From the NCBI RefSeq assembly GCF_033026475.1, contig NC_090210.1, forward strand, positions 19,947,894-19,995,893: a DNA stretch of 48,000 bases, given 5' to 3'. The translations under genes and the position numbers were made by a program. This DNA comes from Channa argus. Its lineage: Eukaryota. Each line of letters opens with the position of its first letter. Position 1 is the first letter of the stretch. The notes beneath the pieces were generated by a model. The model was not told the DNA's origin, did no database searches, and was given only the letters and a program-made list of their open reading frames with translations. Shown piece after piece: positions 39,171 to 48,000 of this stretch.

Positions 39171-39962
39171 TTCTTCATGTTTATGTGGGATGCGTCATCA
39201 TTTCTTTCAGTGAAATTTGACATTAACGCCTGTATTTCACGTCTCCTCTTCACTTAACGGCACCATTATTTGCAGTTGCTTGTCACAGGTTGCAAATGTT
39301 TAATAGACAGACATGTCCATTACGGAGTAGTTTCAGGAGCCTGAGGAGGTGAAGTCAACCATTCATTCTTCCTTTTAATTCCTATTAATGTAACGTTCGC
39401 TCAGAACAATTGGATCTACAAACTGATATTTTGATTCCCAATAAACATTTCAAGTTCTGTTTCACTTTTAAAGTTGGACAGAATCCTAAAATTTCATCAG
39501 GTCCTTTTCCCTGCCTTTAAAAAAAATAAAAAAATAAATAAAATAAATAAAAATTGAACACGTTATGAGGACACATGAAACCTATATTTCACTTTGTTCC
39601 TCAAGTTGCAAAGCAGACCAAAAATATCCCAGAATCCTTCATGTAAATACAACTCAGACTTGCAGTGAGGTGAGCCCAGTGAAACTATTCATCACAAAGT
39701 AAATACTGAAAAAGCCTTCACTGTCTGGTTTGAATTTATAAGACCCAATCACTGCGTGAAGTAGCAATAAATGTAAGACTTCTGTGTTGGAGGGGTGCTT
39801 CAAATGTACAAATTTGTTTGGTGCAAACCTCCAGCAGCTGATATAATAGGATGGTTCACATTGAAAATGTTTTGGTAAATCATATAAGAAATTCCACTTT
39901 AATTGAACACACTGAGCTGGTTAAAGCCTAATGGATTTGCCCCCCCCCCCCCCCCCCTTCAG

Positions 39963-40035
39963 ACATCAATCTGGCTGGAGAACCCAAACCTCACAGGTCA
40001 AAAACCACCAAACGATCTGCTGGAGACATGTACAG
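39963..40035 (+). CDS. hnrnpc: hnRNP C-like coding exon 2.
   Basis: Acceptor 'cccccccttcag|ACATCAAT' and donor 'TACAG|gtcagt'. The phase-1 join gives DINLAGEPKPHRSKTTKRSAGDMY, compared with human [25 protein letters not shown]. Confidence 0.9.
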
Positions 40036-40177
40036 GTCAGTTATACTGTTACAGCTGTTACATTTAAATAAAATAATTCAAGTAAAATTTTAATTTAAAA
40101 GTCACATTTTGTAAAATTACTACATACAGTAACTTTCTGCATATGGTCTTACAAATACTTATCATTTTTCCTTTTAG

Positions 40178-40231
40178 CAGCAGTTCTTCCTTTGACCTTG
40201 ACTATGACTTTCAGAGAGATTATTATGACAG
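40178..40231 (+). CDS. hnrnpc: hnRNP C-like coding exon 3, with a NAGNAG tandem acceptor (tttagCAG|CAG).
   Basis: Encodes SSSSSFDLDYDFQRDYYDR, compared with human GSSFDLDYDFQRDYYDR. The donor is 'GACAG|gtaagt'. An alternative acceptor 3 nt downstream at 40181 would remove one Ser. Confidence 0.88.
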
Positions 40232-40454
40232 GTAAGTGGATATTTCCATTTTCTCTGAATTTTAAACAGAAATGAGATAAATTAGCTTTTTATCTGTCAG
40301 TTCACCTCCTTGTTCCTCATGAGCATTTAACCACAGTTACTCTTTTGCTTGTCTATGCCCACAATGTGGTCAACTGCACATGCAAATAGTGAGTTTGTAA
40401 GCAAAACATTTTTCCAACATTTCTTTTTACCTCACTAGGTGAAACCCTCACTAA

Positions 40455-40727
<273 letters not shown>

Positions 40728-40861
40728 TAAACGTAGTAACTAATCTTAAACAAGTTGAACATTGCGCATGACAATGGTGCATTAGTCCAAATCATGTCAT
40801 ATTTCTAGGTCTCCTCCAGTGTATGTGGGGCCTTTTTAGAAGCCAGAGGATTAATAAGTGA

Positions 40862-41104
<243 letters not shown>

Positions 41105-41365
41105 TAATCTTATTTCTCTAAGGGTGGGTCAAAAATAAATGCTCTAGTTTTTATCTAGATCGCTTCCAAACTGAAGCCCACTATCCTCAAAATGATCTCT
41201 ATTGGAAATCATGATCAAATAGTCTTGAAATACAACCACCAAAAGATCAAAAGGGCTACTGCCCTGCGTTTCATCAAAATGGGCAGAAACAACTCAGAAC
41301 CACCTGCTTTTTTTGATGGATGGATGGAAGGATAATAATTTCTGGGTGTGTTTCATGTTTGGCAG

Positions 41366-41526
41366 AAGCTAAGAGCACAAAAACTGAGCCAGGAGAGGTC
41401 ACATCACCTCCACACCAGAGCAACAAGAAGGATGATGGGTTGAAGAGGGAGCGGGACAGCCAGGAGATAAATGACTCAGATGAAGATGAGGAGGAAGAGG
41501 AGGGTGACCTGCTGGAGGAGGAAGAG
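41366..41526 (+). CDS. hnrnpc: hnRNP C-like coding exon 6 (acidic region).
   Basis: Acceptor 'tttcatgtttggcag|AAGCTAAG' and donor 'GAAGAG|gtaagg'. Encodes EAKSTKTEPGEVTSPPHQSNKKDDGLKRERDSQEINDSDEDEEEEEGDLLEEEE and ends in phase 0. Confidence 0.88.
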
Positions 41527-42461
41527 GTAAGGCTCAATCATCCAGCTATTGGAAAACATTACTTACATTACACAAAACAAACTGTGGCGGCGTCAGGTTT
41601 CACAAATTGAAATTAAACAACAACCATACAAGGTTCTTGTTTGCCCATTTATGGAATATAGCTTTGTCTTTATCAGTGAAATTTGTCAAAATTAATCAGA
41701 GGATTTTCCTGCTGCACAAAGTTGGCTCTGAAAAGTAATTTTGGCTGTTCATTTACATTATGTTCATTATGTTGCAGAGTAGTTCAGTCTGTCTCACCGG
41801 AGTCATGTACCATAACTTTCCTCATCAAGTGTTGAAGCATGGTTCTGTTAAAAAAAAAAAAAAAAATTTGCTGCTATTCTTTTTATGTCCTTGTAAATGA
41901 AACTGATGAAGCAAAGGATCAGATAACATGAAATTGGACATTTGGGACCAAATTTTACATCTCGGAGATGATGCAACTATTTACAGATCAACACTCTGCT
42001 TATAAATAAACAGTTTACGGTTTAATAGAGATTTGTGTATCATTTACTAATCGAGTCATAATGTACAACATTATTCAAATTTTATTATTAAAATATTATT
42101 TAACATTTGAGGATAGATGTGATGGATCCCTCTAGATATTTGCATCTGAGTGAGGCTCACCCTACTGACCAATCAGAGAAGAGCATTGTTTTCTGCTTAA
42201 TTAGAAGTTTTGTAGCATTCTTATTAGAATTTTGACAACTACAATTATCTGAAGGGCTGTGCAGATTGTGAGGGAGTTTAAATATGTTTTTTTCTTTTTC
42301 ATTTCCTATCTTTCCTATTAATTTGAATTGTAATTCAATCTATTTATGTTGCAAAATCCCACACAGGTTAAAAATACATAGATTCAGTACTTAACAGCCT
42401 TATGTATTTTCATTGTTGAATCATCTGATTCTGATACATGCATCTCTGTGAACCTGTGCAG

Positions 42462-42575
42462 GTGAAGAGTCAAGAGAGGGAGGAGGAGGAGGATGAGGAT
42501 GAGGAAGAGGAGGGAGAGCATGTGGAAGGTGACGATGATGATGCTGACAGTGTCAACGGTGAAGAAGACTCGTAG
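42462..42575 (+). CDS. hnrnpc: hnRNP C-like terminal coding exon, with the TAG stop at 42573-42575.
   Basis: Acceptor 'aacctgtgcag|GTGAAGAG'. Encodes VKSQEREEEEDEDEEEEGEHVEGDDDDADSVNGEEDS*, compared with the human C-terminus ...DDRDSANGEDDS*. A 3'UTR follows. Confidence 0.88.
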   Translation: MKSQEREEEEDEDEEEEGEHVEGDDDDADSVNGEEDS

Positions 42576-42674
42576 GCTCAGACCTCACCCGATGCATGCA
42601 GCATACCCACAGATGCCCATAGGACCTCGGACTCCTGTTTTAACACTCATTGTAGATACAAAGTGCAAAGATGT

Positions 42675-42690
42675 GCACACACTCGCACAC

Positions 42691-42723
<33 letters not shown>
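42675..42723. repeat. (TA)n(CA)n compound microsatellite inside the hnrnpc 3'UTR.
   Basis: cacatatatatatatacacacacacacacacacacaag. Confidence 0.9.
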
Positions 42724-42724
<1 letters not shown>

Positions 42725-43069
42725 GCATGATGTACACACTCAGTTGTTCCCTTGTCCCTAAAACCGATTTGGTTTGGTTATTTTGGCCAGTTGTCCAGTA
42801 TCGCTATAACAGGAATGACTAGCTGTAAGATTCAGTTTGTGTTTTTATTGGGCTGGTATTTGTCTTCAAGACAAGACAGAAACGTGGACTGTTGTCAGAG
42901 ACGACACCTCGACAGACATGTCTTAATGCAAAGACGGTAATTCACCCACAAAAGACCGTTTTTAAGTTCAATGTGTTTGTTTTCCTTTTTTGTGAGTTTG
43001 ACCTTGTGTGTCTGTATTTCAGTGTCAGTTTTTTATACTATTCAGTTTGTCTGTAAAGGAAAAAATTGC

Positions 43070-43075
43070 AATAAA
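43070..43075 (+). terminator. hnrnpc: Candidate polyadenylation signal (AATAAA) for the hnRNP C-like transcript, about 500 nt after the stop codon.
   Basis: 'aaaaaattgcAATAAAatattaaaattgg' is followed by a T/GT-rich stretch ('ggtttttttttgtttgtttgttttt') typical of a downstream element. Confidence 0.4.
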
Positions 43076-43559
43076 ATATTAAAATTGGAAGCACTCTAAA
43101 GGTTTTTTTTTGTTTGTTTGTTTTTCCAAACCGCATTGGGGATTTCTGGAATAATCATGCATAAGGTGCTGTTATGCAGGATTTTGCATAATTTGCTAGT
43201 AATTACTTTTTTCATTGAGGCTCATTACATTTGGAGGTGCGCTTGTTCATGGTGTCACTGGGTGTTTGCAGGGGTTATTGGTTTGGACCATATGTGTAGT
43301 GGGGAAACTGCTCTGTGATATGGAGGTACGGGGTCGGCTCTAGCTTCTATCTGAAAGGAAGAACTTGCTATTCAACATGGGTCAGTTAATTAGAGGAACA
43401 AGATAAGGCCTGGTTACAGACTGTTAGATATCCCCCCCCCCATATTTAAGCAGGTAATTGCTTTTAGTATCTGTATGGAGACCTTTAAAAATACTGTGGA
43501 TTTAGAAACTGACTGGTGTTGTACTTTTAAATGTGGTGTTTGCTTTCTTGGTTGTGTGG

Positions 43560-43850
43560 GCAGATGTTGGTTACAGCCATGTCTGCTTTCAGTCGTCACC
43601 TAGTCAGGTTTGCACTTATAAAGCGCTTTTCTACCTATTGGCACTCGAAACACTTTACACTGCTTCTCATTCACCCATTCGCACTCACAATCACGATGGG
43701 GATTCACCAGGAGCAACTAAGTTGAGGTTCAGTGTCTGGCTCAAGGACACTTCGACATGTGACCAGAGGAGCCGGGGATCGAACCAACAATTGTAGCACT
43801 AGTGGAAAATAAGGCTCTACCATCCTGTGCCACAGTCGCCACGGTCGAGT
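43560..43850 (-). mobile_element. tRNA-derived SINE copy, same family as 18060-18290 and 28444-28723.
   Basis: The reverse complement starts 'gtggcgactgtggcacaggatggtagagccttattttccactagtgctacaattgttggttcgatccccggctcctctggtcacatgtcgaagtgtccttgagccagacactgaacc...'. The 'cacttcgacatgtg...ccggggatcgaacc' core is shared with the other copies. Confidence 0.6.
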
Positions 43851-46739
43851 TGCACAACAAGTGACGTGTTTTCTTTCTTCTTGTGCCAAAAATTTGTTTC
43901 TAAGAGCTACTTACGTTACATATGGGTGACTCCTCAACATTTAGGGACAAATTTCTGTTCTTAAATAAGGAAGCTACCTGCAGAATTTGTTGTATTTAGC
44001 TGTCACACCCTCCCCATAAAAAGGTGGTGTCAGGATTTTTGGTTATGATCTAATCTGCCCTTGTTATGGTTGTGTGCACCGTGACACAATGCTTAGTTCC
44101 TTAAAAGGGTCAGTGAAGTGAAGACAACAGTGAATCATAGCTTGAGCTTTATTATTGTCTTTATCATTATTAATAGTACGTGCGCTTTCTAGTCACGCTT
44201 CAACACATTTACAGTCACAGTCCAAAATATGAATGTGTACATTTTTTAATAGCAGTCTCGAGTTTGCTTTGTTAAATGATGTTGGCTCTTTGTAGAGTTT
44301 TCTTGCCAACGTGTTCTGGAAAACAGCTCAAACTGAGTATGTTGAGTGGGACATTCTGCACAGTCTCAGTACATTTTTGATCATCCTATGCAGAAGAAAG
44401 TATTTTTTTGCTCACTAAAACTAGTAGTATAAACAGTGTTTTTGTTTTTTCTTGTTTTGGATCTCCTTAAATTTGTATCTGATATGAAAATAAGGACATG
44501 TCCACCATGTCTAAATAAATCAGTGTAACATAACTTATTTGTAGTCGACTGACACCTGTCATCTTATCGTTCATGCAACCACTGGCCCCTGGACTCTCAG
44601 GCGTTCTGCAGGATAGACCAGGTGAGGATGCTCAGCAGAAGAAGAAAAGCTGCCAGAGAAAGAGATGAGGAGTTATTCATGAAAGCTTTTCTTTTTGACT
44701 TTCTGTACCTTTTGTTTTCTTCTTTTACTCTGGAAATGCTTCCATTACAGCAAGACTCTATCAGCTGATCATCAGCTGATGAAGATCACATGATGTGATC
44801 ATCGCAATTCAGCAGCTACGAAAGTTTTCCTGCGTAAAAATGTTTTGGCAACAATCAGCCGACCTGTTGTGAACTGACCCAAAGATTCTGGCTGCGTACT
44901 GTCTCTGGTTCCCCTACAACTAGAACAAAAGCATTTTTTCCCAGAAATGTTCCTATTGATTAATCATATCTGCGTGTGACCAGCAAAAGTGACGTGGTTA
45001 TATTTCATGGAGATAATCTTGATAAATTCCTAGAAATTCGCTGCTGTTATTAGTAAATTAGAAGAATGTTTACTATAAACAGCAACAATATTTAATTTGC
45101 TATTAATAAGAGAAATTGAACTTGCTATATATTTTTTAAGTAAAAGGGATAATGGGTTATAAACAGACATCAAAAGCCACGAAGACTAGTTCTTCTTAAT
45201 CACATTGATGCTGCATCTTACATTTTATTTTACAAGTTTAGTTTGTGGAAATGAGACTTATGTTTTAAAGTACAAGTTCCTTAGTTGGTACAATTTTATA
45301 GCATGAATATTAAGATAATTATAATGAAAACTTACTGACATGTGTGAACAAGTATGATTATTCCAATTCATTCTTTTTTTTTTTTTTTTTACAGCAAAAT
45401 CTAATTTTACTGTCTGCTGTGCATGTGACATTAAATTGTGATTATTTCCTTAATTTATAACTAGCAATAATGTGCTGCAATTTGTGGAAAAACAAACTTG
45501 GCCAAAACTTCCAGGCCAACACAACTACAAGGCTGATGCTAGAACTGACGGAGTCCATTGACCGTGTTGTCTGACTTGAGGTGCTGGGGCTCGGATTGGA
45601 CTAGGACATTCCGATAAAGTAGTTTTGCCCAGCATGCACATTAAAACATCGAGCTAGTCGTGAGAATCTGCCTGGTGAATAGAAAGGAATTTAAGATGTG
45701 GTCAGCATCCCCTGACAGAAAGCAGAAGAACATGATGGTCTCCCAGTAACCAGGATGGAGTAAGACCAGTTCCAACTGAAAGCAGTTGATTAGAGGCTAC
45801 GTGGCAATGGGAGCACATGCCAAGCGATTCTGGGGAGATCCATGAGATGACCAGACGTATGAGCTTCTTGATTACGGCCATTCTGAGTCTGGGCCAACGT
45901 GTGGAACAAACCTGTGACACATTTTCCGTGGCTTCAAAACCTCTAGGCAACAACCAGGACCAGGTGCTGTGCAAATCAGCTGAGCTTGGTGCCAGGGCAC
46001 TGTCGCCCCAGTTGTTGTGGGGTGTCATACCCTGTTGCCACTGGTCAGACCTCACTCAGCAGCTTTTCTGCAGCTTCAGCACGCTGAATCTGTAGCAGGA
46101 CTGTTGGGATCTGACTGTCGTTTCGGATTTTTAAAAATCGGTGCATAAGAAGAGACTAGGACAATGTCTGTAGTGCCTTTTAAAACTTCTTACATTACAT
46201 ATTCTCCATCTATAACAATCCAGCCATAACTATCTGTGGTGTGAAAATGGTGAAAAGCAGGTGCTGCTTTGTTTCAGGTTTGTGTAGATACCTAGATCTT
46301 CCACTCTACCTTCTTCTCACGCAGGTGCATAACATGCTACTTGACTGTTGGGTGTTGTCTTTACAGCGTCTTCAAATGCCTATTTTTTTTTTTTTTTTTG
46401 CCCAGACCAAAGGTGACATGAGTTGACACAATCTGCTTTCATTGCACCTAGTTCTTTGTGTGTTTGTGTGCGCTAACAGAACCCATGAAGGTCAAAGCAA
46501 ACACTGACTCAAACATCTAGACATAGAACTTCTGCTGTTACACTTAAGCGAAGGCTACTCCCACTTGGCAAATAAGGCCCCGAAAATTATAATCCACAGC
46601 AATATATGTTTGTGACTTAAGAGTGACTTTAGAGCTGTGCTAATTTCACTTTCTCCATTTCTCTATAATTAGTACCAACTTTTATAGGTCAAGTGGGTTA
46701 TATTAGGTTATATTAAGACAACGTCCCCAAATAATAGGT

Positions 46740-48000
46740 ATATTTACCCTGAGCATGAAGACCTCCACTGGCTCCTTTAGTCGTTGTCATTGTCATCGTC
46801 GGGGTGTTGCTGACCATTGGTGTGGATGTTGCATTGGTAGTGACGTTGGTGGTTTGGTTGGCACTGGGGGTGGGGGGGGAAATCTGAGCTCCGCCTGAAT
46901 AAAATGAGTAAAAAGACTGGGAAGTTAAGGAATGACCTTGATGGCAACCGTGAGGGTGAGCAGTACAGAGTTTCTTTCCCACATTTCCCGTAATCCCACG
47001 TTTTCTCATTTTATATACAAATATGTTAAACAGCAGAATTGTCTTTGCAGGTATAGCAGTAATTCTATATTAAATGTGTGTATTTATATGTAAAATATAC
47101 AGGAAAGCTTTTATTAACTTCTCCTTAGTAAACAACTGGAATTATACAGAAATTCTTTATATAGTTTTTATACTTGATGTAATAAAGAGGCCTAGTTATT
47201 GATATCTATTTTCATATTGCATTTGTAACGTGTTTGAGTCCATCTAGATGTGAATGGGGCTCAAATGTGTTGTATTAGGACACTGAATCCTCACTTCAAA
47301 TATGAAAATGGTTTATTTACCACTGCTCCCATTAGTCATTGTCGTCGTGTTGCTGACCATTGGTGTGGATGTTGCATTGGTAGTGACGTTGGTGGTTTGG
47401 TTGGCATTGGGGGTGGGGGGGGAAATCTGAGCTCCGCCTGAATAAAATGAGTAATAAGACTGGGAAGTTAAGGAATGACCTTGATGGCAGCCGCGATGCT
47501 GAGCAGTACAGAGTCATAATACATTTACACTTTGAGTTTCTTTCCCACATTTCCCGTAATGTTTCTCATTTTATATACAAATATGTTAAACAGCAAAATT
47601 GTCTTTGCAGGTATAGCAGTAATTCTATATTAAATGTGTGTATTTATATGTAAAATATACAGGAAAGCTTTTATTAACTTCTCCTTAGTAAACAACTGGA
47701 ATTATACAGAAATTCTTTATATAGTTTTTATACTTGATGTAATAAAGAGGCTTAGTTATTGATATCTATTTTCATACTGCATTTGTAACGTGTTTGAGTC
47801 CATCTAGATGTGAATGGGGCTCAAATGTGTTGTATTAGGACACTGAATCCTCACTTCAAATATGAAAATGGTTTATTTACCACTGCTCCCATTAGTCATT
47901 ATCGTCGTGTTGCTGACCATTGGTGTGGATGTTGCTTTGGTAGTGACGTTGCTGGCTGGGATGGTTAAATCCACAGGATCAGTTTTCAGGGACAGGGTGA
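46740..48000. repeat. Tandem array of long repeats with a period of about 543-560 bp. There are at least 2.3 units in the window, the array runs off the window end, and it contains cassette-exon-like segments on the minus strand.
   Basis: 'gttgctgaccattggtgtggatgttgcattggtagtgacgttggtggtttggttggca' recurs at 46806, 47349 and 47909. The blocks 47040-47330 and 47600-47890 are almost identical. The units differ by a 30-nt indel and a 23-nt insertion. Confidence 0.85.

Noticed and set aside
45540-46100. GC-richer block with 117-aa (minus) and 92-aa (plus) ORFs upstream of the tandem array.
   Set aside because: There is no recognisable protein similarity or clean splice-site pair. It could be an exon of the mucin-like gene or a repeat, but the evidence is insufficient to call a feature.

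Overview
This is vertebrate DNA, almost certainly teleost fish. It is AT-rich with short GC-rich exons, tRNA-derived SINEs, a Tc1-like transposon, a LINE reverse-transcriptase fragment and many mononucleotide and dinucleotide microsatellites. It is not a prokaryotic locus, and I found no CRISPR array, operon or bacterial defence system. Two protein-coding genes are recognisable and they point away from each other.

(1) Minus strand: a GLI-similar Krüppel zinc-finger gene, best match GLIS1. The large exon at 9810..10740 holds the N-terminal region and zinc finger 1. The next exon, with zinc fingers 2 and 3, is at 5044..5205. The remaining zinc-finger and C-terminal exons were not found and are probably beyond coordinate 1.

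(2) Plus strand: an hnRNP C-like (HNRNPC/RALY family) gene with a complete set of seven coding exons at 37109..42575. All have canonical AG/GT splice sites and the exon phases are consistent. A GCTAGC-rich CpG island at about 32.7-33.7 kb is probably its promoter and non-coding first exon. A Tc1-like transposon sits in its first coding intron.

Between the two genes there is an orphan CpG island at about 27.2-27.6 kb. On the minus strand it has a plausible non-coding first exon and splice donor.

The last 1.3 kb of the window is a tandem array with a period of about 545-560 bp. Each unit carries a candidate minus-strand cassette exon of 147 or 117 nt that preserves the reading frame and encodes a Thr/Ser/Asn-rich, N-glycosylation-dense, mucin-like peptide. 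This is the most unusual structure in the window.

Other observations include perfect palindromes of 35 bp and 29 bp and a SINE insertion with an 11-bp target-site duplication. The ORF track uses alternative start codons (for example, the 'M' at 10733 is TTG), so the start of each ORF was checked against the sequence.
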